A stretch of 64,000 nucleotides of DNA from Obrimoposthia wandeli (Eukaryota): NCBI GenBank assembly GCA_977020255.1, contig CDROCS010002814.1, forward strand, positions 124,001 through 188,000, given 5' to 3'. Shown here piece after piece: positions 49,979-60,485 of this stretch. Position numbers and translations under genes: made by a program. The first letter of the stretch is position 1. Every line of letters begins with the position of its first letter. Under the pieces are notes generated by a model. It did no database searches. It had not been told where the DNA came from and was given only the letters and a program-made list of their open reading frames with translations.

Positions 49979-50917
49979 TCATACCCTATTAGAGCTCGAA
50001 GGGGCGCAGTTGGCGCCCTGTGTATCTTTTATAAACACCTCTTTTAGCAAGCTAATTACCCATTTATGAATCGCACTATGATTAGAACGGCTGTGCCAAG
50101 CTGCGATCACATCAAAACTGGGCAGTGTGATGTTTAGCCCTAAGGGCGTTACTTTATCGTTTGGTAATAGCCTTGAGGGGAGAAACGCAATAATACCTGC
50201 GGCCGCGATAATATCAGGCGCAGCAGAGAAACTCGGCACTGACATTACAATATTTCTTTTTAGACCTTGTTCGGCAAACCAGGTGTCGTGGGAACCTCTT
50301 AAATTGGCCTGAGAGGGAGTGATGACCAATTGCGGCAATGCCGCTATTTCGGTAATACTTAACGAGCGTTGGAGTAAGGGTGAATCGATGGCGGCGACAC
50401 ATACATGATGCTCATGAAAGAGTAGTAGTGAAGGGTATGTTTTTGGGATAAAAGAGGGGAAAGTTAAGGCTAAATCTAACTCACCCGATTCCATCAATTG
50501 CTGAAACTTTTCCGTTTCAAAGTGGTGAATAATAAGTTTCAAATCAGGCGCTAGCACCCGGATTTTCTTTAGTAAGGAAGGCAGTATCGCTTTAATAGCA
50601 TAGTCAGTCGCGCTAATGTTAAAAACGCCTTTGTATCTCGCTGGGTCAAAACTGGGCTCAACTAATAAGCCTTCAATATCACGTAATATCTGCTCAATTT
50701 TATCCCCCATGGCTAGCGCTAACGGGGTTGGAATAACACCATTATTACTGCGCACAAATAAAGGATCATCAAATAAGTCACGCAGTTTTCGTAATTGTTC
50801 ACTAACCGCTTGCTGTGTAATACCCATTTTGTTGGCCACACGTGATAGGTTTCTTTCTACTAACAAGTCACGTAACACTCGAAGCTGCTTAATATCTAGA
50901 CGGTTGATTTTATTCAT
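49979..50917 (-). CDS. LysR-family transcriptional regulator
   Basis: N-terminal HTH (NLSRVANKMGITQQAVSEQLRKLR, DDPLFVR). Confidence 0.95.
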   Translation of the reverse strand: MNKINRLDIKQLRVLRDLLVERNLSRVANKMGITQQAVSEQLRKLRDLFDDPLFVRSNNGVIPTPLALAMGDKIEQILRDIEGLLVEPSFDPARYKGVFNISATDYAIKAILPSLLKKIRVLAPDLKLIIHHFETEKFQQLMESGELDLALTFPSFIPKTYPSLLLFHEHHVCVAAIDSPLLQRSLSITEIAALPQLVITPSQANLRGSHDTWFAEQGLKRNIVMSVPSFSAAPDIIAAAGIIAFLPSRLLPNDKVTPLGLNITLPSFDVIAAWHSRSNHSAIHKWVISLLKEVFIKDTQGANCAPSSSNRV

Positions 50918-50947
50918 ATTTAGCCATATATAGTTTGCTTCATAACC

Positions 50948-50970
50948 GGTAACAATTAAAAATTGTAACC
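50948..50970. promoter_or_regulatory. Probable LysR recognition site
   Basis: Imperfect inverted repeat GGTAACAATT-AAA-AATTGTAACC in the divergent lysR/ALDH promoter region. Confidence 0.5.
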
Positions 50971-51058
50971 GTTACATAATCTATTTGTTTTTAATTGTAA
51001 CAAGTGCTCTTTATAATAACTATCATTCAATTTAGCCATTTAGTTATGAGTCAGCAAT

Positions 51059-52402
51059 ATGATAGAAACATTAAAATCTTATGATCCAAGTAATAATCAA
51101 CTTCTCGGTGCGGTATCCGTTACAACACCAAAGCAACTAGCAACAATGGTAAGACAGGCAAAAGTAGCAACCAAGCAATGGCGTAAGCTAAATCTAGCAG
51201 ACAGAAAGCAGCAGATTGAGTTGGCTTTTGCTAGCATTGAACCACACCAACGTGAGTTAGCGCGTTTGCTAAGCCAGGAAATGGGTAAGGATTTACGAAG
51301 ATCAATGGGAGAGGTCAGTGGTGCTATCTATAGTGCAAGTTATATTGGCCACCATGCCCAAGCTGCGCTGAGTAACGAAAATCTAGGTAATGGGAGTGAG
51401 CTTCAATATAAGCCGCTAGGAGTTGCCGCGGTTATCTCTCCTTGGAATTATCCACTTGCGATGGCGTGTAATTTGATAGTGCCCGCGTTGATGGCTGGTA
51501 ATAGTGTTATTTTTAAGCCCTCTGAAGAAACGCCTTTGATCGCTCAAGCGTTTGTTGAGTTATTAAATAAAATATTACCTGAGCATGTTCTGCAAATAGC
51601 GCAGGGTGATAGTGAAGTCGGCAAAGCCTTAGTGGCTTCTGCAGTGGATCTTATTGCCTTCACAGGATCGCGTGCAGCAGGCAAGGATATAATGCGCCGT
51701 GCAGCCAGTGGCTTAAAACGTTTAGTTATGGAATTGGGCGGTAATGACCCAATGATAGTGATGAGTAATGCACATCTTGAATCAGCCGCACAATTTGCCG
51801 TTGCTAGCAGTTTAGAAAATGCTGGGCAAATGTGCACTTCAACAGAGCGAATTTATGTTGATGCGTGCATTGCTGACAAATTTGAAGCACGTGTGATCGA
51901 GCTCGCCTCAAGTTATAGTGTAGGTGCCTGGGATGTGCCGAGTGTGCAAATAGGGCCAATAATAAATGCCAAGCAGCATCAGCAGATAAACGTACATATT
52001 AACGATGCGCTGAGTAAAGGTGCTACCTTACGCTATGGACAAAAAAACCAAGCGCCACCTTATATCTATCCCACCGTTATTAGCGGCATAACGCCAGATA
52101 TGCAGATGGAACAAGATGAAACTTTTGGGCCTGTTATTGCAATGAGCCGTTTTGATAAGATAGAAGAGGCAATAGCGCGTGCAAATGATTCGCAGCTTGG
52201 TTTAGGCGCAGTGGTGTTTGGTAACCAAGGTGCTAAGCAAGTAGCTGATCAGCTTGAAGCAGGTATGGTCGCTATTAATCAAAGTGTGGGAGGCAATGGA
52301 GACAGCCCTTGGATTGGTGCTAAACAAAGCGGCTTTGGTTTTCACGGATCAGCAGCAGGGCATCGACAGTTTGCACAAGCTAAGCTATTGAGTAGTCATT
52401 AG
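51059..52402 (+). CDS. Aldehyde dehydrogenase family protein
   Basis: PWNYP, KPSEETP, FTGS, MELGGND, AGQMCTS, ETFGPV. Confidence 0.95.
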   Translation: MIETLKSYDPSNNQLLGAVSVTTPKQLATMVRQAKVATKQWRKLNLADRKQQIELAFASIEPHQRELARLLSQEMGKDLRRSMGEVSGAIYSASYIGHHAQAALSNENLGNGSELQYKPLGVAAVISPWNYPLAMACNLIVPALMAGNSVIFKPSEETPLIAQAFVELLNKILPEHVLQIAQGDSEVGKALVASAVDLIAFTGSRAAGKDIMRRAASGLKRLVMELGGNDPMIVMSNAHLESAAQFAVASSLENAGQMCTSTERIYVDACIADKFEARVIELASSYSVGAWDVPSVQIGPIINAKQHQQINVHINDALSKGATLRYGQKNQAPPYIYPTVISGITPDMQMEQDETFGPVIAMSRFDKIEEAIARANDSQLGLGAVVFGNQGAKQVADQLEAGMVAINQSVGGNGDSPWIGAKQSGFGFHGSAAGHRQFAQAKLLSSH

Positions 52403-52415
52403 CAGGAGAATATCA

Positions 52416-53192
52416 GTGAACGAATTACCAAGTGAAGATTTTTATGTTGTTGCCAGAGAAGCAGGTGCACAAAACCCTTCTTTGCCAACGTGGGCAAATG
52501 CTAAACCTAATCCTGTTGACTTATCTAAAGTACATGAAAGTGATGTGCGACGTGTTGATATACCAGAAGTGCCAGGCGCGTTTCAGCTTTTAAATGTGCT
52601 AACAAAAGAAGAATGTGAGCGTTTTATAAAGCTGACAGAAAAGCTAGGTTATCTTGAAGATGCACCTGTGTCACTACCTCGCAGAGTAAGACACAATGAT
52701 AATGTCACTTGGGTGGTTGATAACACTATTAGTGATTTAATATGGCAGCGGTCTCGCGCTTCATTGAAGGGTATTGAAAGCCTATACAACGCTAAAAAGC
52801 CTGTCGGGATAAATGGACGGTTTCGCTTCTATCGCTACCAAAAAGATGATTTTTTTAAACCGCATACTGATGGGGATTGGCCTGGAAGTAGTGTGATTGA
52901 TAAAACTCTGGTACATAATGCTTACCCTGATCGCTGGAGTAAAATGACTTTTTTAATATTGCTAAGTGATGAGTTTTCGGGCGGAAGTACGCAGTTTTGG
53001 GTAGACAAAGATAACCCGGCTTTACCTGCACGGACTGATTCTCAAGTAAAGAAGGTAAATGTTCGCACGCCTGTCGGAGGGGTGCTATGTTTTCCTCACG
53101 GGCAGCATCCAATGCATTGTTTACATAGCTCACAAAACATCACTCAAGGTATAAAGTATATTATTCGTACAGATTTACTGTTTGAACTATAA
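52416..53192 (+). CDS. 2-oxoglutarate/Fe(II) dioxygenase (prolyl-4-hydroxylase-like fold)
   Basis: RFRFYRY, HxD in KPHTDG, FSGGSTQF, distal His in CLHSS, KYIIRTD. Confidence 0.88.
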   Translation: MNELPSEDFYVVAREAGAQNPSLPTWANAKPNPVDLSKVHESDVRRVDIPEVPGAFQLLNVLTKEECERFIKLTEKLGYLEDAPVSLPRRVRHNDNVTWVVDNTISDLIWQRSRASLKGIESLYNAKKPVGINGRFRFYRYQKDDFFKPHTDGDWPGSSVIDKTLVHNAYPDRWSKMTFLILLSDEFSGGSTQFWVDKDNPALPARTDSQVKKVNVRTPVGGVLCFPHGQHPMHCLHSSQNITQGIKYIIRTDLLFEL

Positions 53193-53516
53193 AAATAACC
53201 AAAGCGGCTGCTATCGTTTTGATTGTGGACAGTGCCACATAACTCCCCCTTAAAATAACAGGTAAATAGATAGCTACCTCATAATAGGTAGGTTGTAAGC
53301 TACTACTTAACTGCAGGCCCTAATGGACTAATTCTCATTAGGAGCCTATTTTCAAAAAAACTTAAAAATGCATTAAATAAGGGTTACAGTAGTTAAAAAC
53401 ACCTAATTGTATGCACAATAACAAAGCCTTGGCAAGTGAGAGTAAAAGGAGAATACCTTCAGAAGCATCCGTGAATTTTGATGTATTATTTGGAATTTTT
53501 TTTCAGCGCGCTATTT

Positions 53517-55850
53517 TTACGAAAGTGAAAAAGCAACTGACTCAGAGGGAGTTGGAGTGATTACTGATACTTTGTCTCGGCCTGTTTGTTTAGAGGTATA
53601 GAGGGCTTTATCTACCTGTATCAAGGTTTTATTAATACTCAATGGAGCAAGCATGCTTGAAACTCCGGCACTGGCAGTTAGTTTGTCTATTTTCTGGAAA
53701 GAATGCGTACGCACTAAATTAAGCAATTTTTCAGCTAGATTGGCCGCCTCGGTTATTGAGGTGTGAGGGCAGATGAGAATGAATTCTTCGCCACCCCAAC
53801 GGCCTACGTAGTCTACATCGCGGGAATTATTTTGGAGAATACCAGCAAACTCGACCAACACAGCATCGCCGACGATATGCCCGTAGGTGTCGTTCACTTT
53901 TTTAAAAAAGTCGATATCTAATAATACGATAGCGACATCTGTATTATAACGATTATTTTCTGCTTTCTTATCGGCGAGCACCTCGTCAATTTTAACGCGG
54001 TTATATAGGCCTGTTAATTTATCGGTTATTGAAAGCGTAGTGAGGTATCGGTTTAATTTTCGAAGGTGATAATAGTGGTAAATAAAACCGATAGATAACA
54101 GGGAGAGCCCACCAGCTAATTGCCACATTAAAGTATAATTAAAAGCGGTATCATGTTTGACTGATACCCATTGATTGTAAACAGCTTGCTTATCCTCGAG
54201 AGTGATGCTTTGTACTAACTTATCAAATACTTCCTGTAGTAGCGGTTCATCATTACGTGTTGCTATAGATAAGTGCAGGTCATCGTCTAATCGCGAAGAT
54301 ATTTTTAAAGTGCCATTGAAATCCTTTTGTATAGAGCTGCCAATCGACATCAAATTGTCAATATAGCCATATAAAAGGCCGTTCTCTACCTGCTTTAAGC
54401 CATCGCCGATAGAGTCTACTTCAACAATTTTAATTCCTGGTATCGTCTTACGTAGATTTTCCACTTTTGCGTAGCCTTTTACGACGCCAAACTTTTGATC
54501 TAGGATACGTGATAAACCACTGATAAAACCTTTGTCATTTGTCGTCGCCATGACGATAGGTACTGTCAGGTATGGGGTGGTGAAATCCATATAAATTGCT
54601 CGTTTTGGTGCGCTGGCCACTAATGATAAAATATCACATTGGCGTTGTTCAGCTTTTTCCATTGATTCATGCCAGCTTTTTGTTTCGACTAGCTGTATGG
54701 GAATAGGTAGTAGTGTACCGAACGTTGCAATAATATCTGCAGCAATACCTATATGCTTACCGTTGTGAAGACTTTCTAATGGCATCCAGTTAGGATCAAT
54801 ACACATTTTTATCGCTTTCTTCTTTTTCAAATAGTCTTTCTGCTCTTCACTAAAAGTAACAATATGATCATTTTTATGTAGAAATTCGTTAAAAGTGAAT
54901 GTTTTTAGCTCTTGATGTTCTGGTAATAAGCCATTGTATTGTAGTTGCTTAACCACACGTGAGGTTAAATCTTGGTTGATGGCGCCTATCTCGAAAAGAT
55001 CTAATAGCATCATCTTTTTGGTTACGGCAGCTTCATGTGTTAGTGCTGCGATGGATTTTCTTTTAGAGTATTTGCTATATATAACAGCAATGGTTTCTTG
55101 CGGATTAGCTAATGCATAGTGCCAGCCCTGGTTAGACGCCTCAATAAATTTTTGAGTTCTAGTGGGGTGCTGTGACGCTTCATTTTGCGAGGTAAAGAGA
55201 TTAACAGCACTCATCAAAAAACCAAAATTGGTAGGGTCAATAATATTATAGTCAATATTAAGCCGGTCAAGTTCAAAAAGTTGGTTAGTTCTAAAAGCGC
55301 TCATCACATCAACTTTACGCTGTATGAAATCATTTATACTATAGGTGTGTTCAACAAATTTAGTGTTTTCAGAAGACGCATTAAATCGGTCTAACAAAAA
55401 AGCTAATGAGCTGTATTTAAGCTCATTTTTTGTTCCCATAATCGTTTTTCCAACTAGGTCATTTGGCGTATTGATCGCCTTAGTAGTGACAAACACAAGT
55501 GGTGATTGTTGCAAGTAGGTCGCCATTAGAACAATAGGTGTAAACTTTCCTTCATCAATAATCACACTCGAGTTATGAATGCCGTAGTTGCTAGTTTGGG
55601 CGAGGACTTTTTGTACGACATTAGTCCCCGGTTGATATTCTATTAAGTCAACATCTAAACCAGATTTGTTATAAAAACCTTTTTCTTTTGCCATAATGAA
55701 GCCGGCAAATTCGAATTGATATTTCCAGTCGAGTTGTAATGATACTTTTTCTAACACAGAAGCTCTAACCGCTAAAGGCGAGTAGAGAAGAAGAGAAGTA
55801 ATGCAAATGAAAAGGAAGCGCTTTACATGACCTGAAAGGTAAGTGCACAT
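53517..55850 (-). CDS. Diguanylate cyclase with NMT1/THI5-like and SBP family 3 periplasmic domains
   Basis: VSLQLDWKYQFEFAGF..AKEKGFY, CIDPNWMP, a TM segment, RDVD I-site and RWGGEEF. Confidence 0.9.
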   Translation of the reverse strand: MCTYLSGHVKRFLFICITSLLLYSPLAVRASVLEKVSLQLDWKYQFEFAGFIMAKEKGFYNKSGLDVDLIEYQPGTNVVQKVLAQTSNYGIHNSSVIIDEGKFTPIVLMATYLQQSPLVFVTTKAINTPNDLVGKTIMGTKNELKYSSLAFLLDRFNASSENTKFVEHTYSINDFIQRKVDVMSAFRTNQLFELDRLNIDYNIIDPTNFGFLMSAVNLFTSQNEASQHPTRTQKFIEASNQGWHYALANPQETIAVIYSKYSKRKSIAALTHEAAVTKKMMLLDLFEIGAINQDLTSRVVKQLQYNGLLPEHQELKTFTFNEFLHKNDHIVTFSEEQKDYLKKKKAIKMCIDPNWMPLESLHNGKHIGIAADIIATFGTLLPIPIQLVETKSWHESMEKAEQRQCDILSLVASAPKRAIYMDFTTPYLTVPIVMATTNDKGFISGLSRILDQKFGVVKGYAKVENLRKTIPGIKIVEVDSIGDGLKQVENGLLYGYIDNLMSIGSSIQKDFNGTLKISSRLDDDLHLSIATRNDEPLLQEVFDKLVQSITLEDKQAVYNQWVSVKHDTAFNYTLMWQLAGGLSLLSIGFIYHYYHLRKLNRYLTTLSITDKLTGLYNRVKIDEVLADKKAENNRYNTDVAIVLLDIDFFKKVNDTYGHIVGDAVLVEFAGILQNNSRDVDYVGRWGGEEFILICPHTSITEAANLAEKLLNLVRTHSFQKIDKLTASAGVSSMLAPLSINKTLIQVDKALYTSKQTGRDKVSVITPTPSESVAFSLS

Positions 55851-56493
55851 AAGTCGATTATATCCAAAATTTGAAGTTCAACAAAGTTACTTTAATCAGA
55901 ATATGTCTATGATTCATATAATAATAGCCTAGAGTAGCATTTATGTCCATGTGCATAACCCAAAGCTTTACGCTGAAAAAATACTAAAATTGATTAAGCA
56001 GTTGTGAGTAATATTACAATTGCTAATAGGGTATGGGCACGTTGTATAACTAACAGGGAAAATATTCGCTGTGTAAAGCCTTTTAAAATATTAAGGCTGA
56101 GACTAAGGTGATAAGGATTTTTTGGTGACAATTTTATAAGTATGCCGATTAAGCCCGTTAAAGAAGGAGTGATTTTTATTTGAGTTCATAAATTAATATT
56201 AGCCTTCCTGTTACTCATACTAATACTCATACTCATCCGAATGTCACTTGCAGACATTATGCTAGCAATACATATAGTCTTGAGCTAGATCACACTCAAG
56301 CTGTAAAAAACGATGGTGTGTTAGATCGTTTCAATCTTTTAAGTAATCAGCTCGTGATTGAAGGATTTAGCTTAGGCTAGCACGCTATATTCAACAATGG
56401 TTAAATCATCGGCCTCATATAACATATCTCGTACAACAACTATGATCCGTCTTAATCGTGCTGCTTTAATTAACCAGTCATGCTTTTAATTTT

Positions 56494-56731
56494 AATAACA
56501 AGATTATCCCAGTGCATATCAGCATCTGCAAAATCTCTGTAACCAAAACGGTTTAATAGCTCTTAAATCAAGTGCTGATGATTTCACAGATTTCATTACT
56601 TCGAGATACCACTGCTTTTAACGGTATACATAGGCCATGAGCCTTCAATAGTACTTTTCAGCTAAATGACGTGTCATTCGTTTAGAAATTTGCCAACCAA
56701 CTACATACAAAGGAGGTAAGTCGATAACTTT
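56494..56731 (-). pseudogene. IS3-family transposase (rve core) relic
   Basis: KVIDLPPLYVVGWQISKRMTRHLA and HWDNLV correspond to the IS3 motifs V.DL..R.VVGW..S.RM and CWDNA. Confidence 0.65.
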
Positions 56732-56819
56732 ATAACCAGCCATTGCGGTTTTAAGATGGTTAAGATTCTAGCTTTACACATGACTGAGTGTAATTGCATT
56801 GACATTAAGTATATTGGAT

Positions 56820-56969
56820 CATTAGTGTCCGGTTTAATTTTTGTTGTTCTTTAACTCATTGATTTCAAGTAACTACAAGGGTTATTTGGCTAAAAAATCT
56901 AATGATCTATGCTAGAAAACCACAAATCAATGAATTAAAGAGTTCACACTTTTTAACGGGACAGCAATG
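56820..56969. mobile_element. MITE copy 2 (150 bp, inverted relative to copy 1)
   Basis: Aligns by eye to the reverse complement of 16794-16946 with about 20 differences; flanks ATATTGGAT / ATGTTGGAT (8/9 target duplication). Confidence 0.85.
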
Positions 56970-57113
56970 ATGTTGGATACAGTATGAGTGTTTGGATGCT
57001 TTTAAAGAGGAAAAATCATCTCCTGTATGCCAGATGCTTAAAGATAGAACACAAGCTTATAAAATAGATAGACTTAATGTTTTGTTCATGTGATTATAAG
57101 TCAAGTAAATATA

Positions 57114-57127
57114 TTGATGTAAATCAA
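57114..57127. promoter_or_regulatory. FNR box
   Basis: Perfect TTGAT-GTAA-ATCAA, 64 bp upstream of fnr. Confidence 0.8.
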
Positions 57128-57190
57128 TTATAACAAATTTAACTCGCAATGTGTTATTGAGCATAAGCTTCTCAGGAAGAGGGCATTATT

Positions 57191-57937
57191 TTGAATAAAA
57201 AAATAGATTATTACAGCTATGCATCATCGATTGAACAACATTGCTCGAACTGTAACCTTAGTTCTTTGTGCATAGCAGGCATTTTAGATAATGCAGAGAT
57301 GGCGCAACTTGATTCCATTATCACTCATAGTAAAGCTTTATCAAAAGGTAAAATTTTAAGTTCACAAGGTGATAGCTTTCAATTTGTTTTCGTCGTTAAA
57401 ACAGGTAGTGTCAAAACTTATACAACTAATATTGCTGGCCAAGAGCAAATCACCGGTTTTTATTTTCCTGGAGATCTAATAGGTTTAAATGCTATTAATT
57501 CAGGTGCCTACCCTGACACAATGGAAGCTTTAGAAACAAGCACTATTTGCCAAGCTTCTTTTGAACAGCTTGATAAACTCTCTTCTGAACTCCCAGTGTT
57601 ACGTCGAAAAATTCTTAAAATTATGAGTAAGGATATTTGCAGCGAACAACAAATGCTGCTTACATTAGCTAAAAAGGATGCTGACCAGCGCTTAGCAACC
57701 TTTTTATTGGGTTTATCCTATCGCTTCAAGGCACGTGGTTTTTCTGAATCTCGTTTTTGCCTTTCAATGTCGCGTAGAGAAATAGGCAGTTATTTAGGGT
57801 TAACTGTTGAAACAGTAAGTAGAGCGATGACTCGATTACATAAAAATAAATTTTTAATCGTTAACCAAAAAGAAGTAGTCATTACAGACTTTGAAGCATT
57901 AATTGCTTTAAGAGATGGCTTCAATATAGAGTCATAA
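57191..57937 (+). CDS. fnr: FNR/Anr oxygen-sensing regulator
   Basis: Cys cluster CSNCNLSSLC plus TICQ, ITGFYFPGDLIG, HTH SRREIGSYLGLTVETVSR. Confidence 0.92.
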   Translation: MNKKIDYYSYASSIEQHCSNCNLSSLCIAGILDNAEMAQLDSIITHSKALSKGKILSSQGDSFQFVFVVKTGSVKTYTTNIAGQEQITGFYFPGDLIGLNAINSGAYPDTMEALETSTICQASFEQLDKLSSELPVLRRKILKIMSKDICSEQQMLLTLAKKDADQRLATFLLGLSYRFKARGFSESRFCLSMSRREIGSYLGLTVETVSRAMTRLHKNKFLIVNQKEVVITDFEALIALRDGFNIES

Positions 57938-58147
57938 TCAAGGTCTGTTTTGCAATTAAGGTCTACTCGGCATAATATTTGGTATTACACATGCGACATC
58001 GACACTCTAAAACTAGCAGGGAGGAAGAAAGTTTAAATGAGCAAGTAACGGAAGTGAGCAACACGAGTCTTTATCACTGAGTTTAATATAATGTGTAGTT
58101 ATTAAAATGGTCATCCCTTTGTAGTGCTAGCTCATTTATAATAACCT

Positions 58148-58726
58148 TTAAAGAAGAAGTTGCTCGTAAGCTTGGCGGATCTCGATAAAAGTTGCTGGAT
58201 TGCCCCCAGTATCTGGATGGTGTTTTTGCACCAGCTTACGGTACTGTTGTTTAATTTCAAGTTTACTAGGGGAGGACGTCTTTATTTGAAGGATTTTAAG
58301 TGCACTTTGTTTATCGCTGTCTAAATCCATTCTTTGATAAAAACTGCTGATCAAACGTAATACTTCTGACTCGTCCGTTTTTTCGTATTCACTCCAATCC
58401 AAATAATAATCAGCCAATTTAGCATCTACGTTATTACTCAGTTCGAAGCCATTAGTTTGTTTTAATTGGTCTTTAGGCATAATACTAATTTGCAAAGGGC
58501 TGATCGACAAAACTAAATTTTCATCTTGCCAAAGACTAGACTGTAGCTGATAAAGAGCATTCATTATCAGGAAATGCTGCCGAAAAAGTTGCAAATTATT
58601 ATCTTCAGCCAAATGATTAAACTCTGGGAACTGATCTTTTAAAGTATTCAATATATCAAATTCGCTAATGCCATTAACATTCCTTTTTAACAGGGTAAGA
58701 ATGGCGGCGACTAAAGGGTTTCTCAT
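58148..58726 (-). CDS. DnaJ-related protein (N-terminal DNA-J-related domain plus J domain)
   Basis: LFRQHFLIMNALYQL, LADYYLDW, HHPDTGG. Confidence 0.88.
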   Translation of the reverse strand: MRNPLVAAILTLLKRNVNGISEFDILNTLKDQFPEFNHLAEDNNLQLFRQHFLIMNALYQLQSSLWQDENLVLSISPLQISIMPKDQLKQTNGFELSNNVDAKLADYYLDWSEYEKTDESEVLRLISSFYQRMDLDSDKQSALKILQIKTSSPSKLEIKQQYRKLVQKHHPDTGGNPATFIEIRQAYEQLLL

Positions 58727-59202
58727 GGCTCTCCTAACGCTAAAGCACTGACTAAAAGTTGATGGTCAAGTAATGTTCAGTAGCAAGTTAAATTGTGTGT
58801 TCTTGTATTAAGTAGCTATTATTTCTAAACAATACAACTACCTATCTCTGCTGGCGCTTAGAGATGAATTAACGCTAGTTTTACATTTATTCACATCGGT
58901 TGGCGACTCTTTGCATCATTAATAACCTACCTTTGTTTTTGCATACTGGATTCTACAAAGAGATAATTCAAGAGATTTTTATCGCGAAATAGAATAATAG
59001 GTGCGTCTAGCCTTACCTAAATGAATGCCGCTTACTTTTTACACTCATGTAATGCCATTGAAGTAGCGGTACATTGAGGTAGCGGTATATAGTTGGGCAA
59101 TTGCCACCTACGTTAGATTAGCGATAATTGTTTAACCGCATATAATCTCGGGGCTTGCCCAGTGGGCACAATGACAAGTCATATTAATGTTTTTCAGTTT
59201 AG

Positions 59203-59454
59203 ATTCCGAAATATCGCCATAAAGTATTTGTTGAGCCATTTAGAGCTGATCATAGCTTGAAGCTTGATCATATTCATATGGTAGTACGAACAGATCAAAA
59301 ATAGCACCATCTCATGTGATGCAAGTCATTAAAAAGTATTTCGGCTCGGGAGTTTTTCTGATTACACCCCGCTATAAAAAAGTATTTCTTGGGAGGAAGC
59401 TGTGGACTCAAAGTTATTTCGTAAACAATTGGAAATGCTAGCGAAGAAGTAATA
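59203..59454 (+). pseudogene. IS200/IS605 TnpA (Y1 HUH transposase) relic
   Basis: IPKYRHKVF, DHIHMVV (HUH), APSHVMQVIK, SISAREFF, KLWTQSYFV and TIGNASEEVI across several frames. Confidence 0.85.
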
Positions 59455-59465
59455 TGAAAATATGT

Positions 59466-60485
59466 TCAAGACCAAATATGTTCAAGGTTGGTTTCACCAA
59501 TATTAATAGGTTTAAATTTAGTAACACCAATCTTGGCACTATTCAGTGCTTTTACGAGTAGTTGAGCTGGCTCTAGGAAAGGTTCCTGGGTTAATTGAAA
59601 AGTGGCCCAGTGCATAGGTATTGAAAACCTTGAATTAATATCTTGATGGATTTGTACCGCTTGTTGTGGGTCAACGTGCTGTCTTTTCATAAAATACCTA
59701 GGTGCATACGCACCTATCGGGATAAACGCCATATCAAACGGGCCTAAGCGTTTACCGATATCGCGAAACATCTTTTTATCATATCCAGTATCCCCGCTAA
59801 ACCAGCTATTAAATTGCCCAATCTTAACTGCCCAAGATCCCCAGTGGCTTACATTAGTATCCCAAGGAGAACGTTTTGACCAGTGGATATTTGGCGTAAA
59901 CGTAAGTACGACTTCTGCGTTGTAATTAACGCTTTGCCACCATTCAAGCTCAACCACCTTATCTGATTTGATCCCTCTGTCGAGAAACCATTGTTTTAAA
60001 CCCATCGGTACATACCACATAACCGAGTTAGCATACATATCTACAGTGCGGTGGTCTAAGTGGTCGAAATGATTATGTGAAATAACAATGAAATTTATTT
60101 TGGGTAATTGAGTAAAGTTGAGAGCGGGGGGTGTTAGTCGTTTATCAACCAAAAAATCAATCGGAGCGGCTCTATCAGTTAAGTGTGGATCGGTTAGAAA
60201 ATTAATGCCATTGTATTGAACGAGCATTGATGCATGACCTATCCAGGTCGCTCTCGGTTGGTCACTAGGGGAATTAATTAGCATTAGATCTGCTTTTTGC
60301 TGAACTGATTTAATATCTTTAGCGTCAATTTTAGGAAATGCCCCTTCTTTAAATCGCATGCTCAACCATTCATAAACACTGGCTCCGCCAATGCTGGTAT
60401 ACCTTACACCGGTGTTAAGTACAAAGTTATAGTAAAGAATTGCACTAATAATGACGATGAAAAATATTAAATACAAACGCTTCAT
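59466..60485 (-). CDS. MBL-fold metallo-hydrolase (NAPE-PLD-like)
   Basis: TWIGHAS, ISHNHFDHLD, HWSKR, FSGDTGY, PIGAYAPR, PMHWATF. Confidence 0.9.
   Translation of the reverse strand: MKRLYLIFFIVIISAILYYNFVLNTGVRYTSIGGASVYEWLSMRFKEGAFPKIDAKDIKSVQQKADLMLINSPSDQPRATWIGHASMLVQYNGINFLTDPHLTDRAAPIDFLVDKRLTPPALNFTQLPKINFIVISHNHFDHLDHRTVDMYANSVMWYVPMGLKQWFLDRGIKSDKVVELEWWQSVNYNAEVVLTFTPNIHWSKRSPWDTNVSHWGSWAVKIGQFNSWFSGDTGYDKKMFRDIGKRLGPFDMAFIPIGAYAPRYFMKRQHVDPQQAVQIHQDINSRFSIPMHWATFQLTQEPFLEPAQLLVKALNSAKIGVTKFKPINIGETNLEHIWS

Noticed and set aside
53517-55850. Functional link between the NMT1-like DGC domain and the thi operon
   Set aside because: They are about 49 kb apart, there is no TPP riboswitch at the DGC, and this fold binds many ligands.
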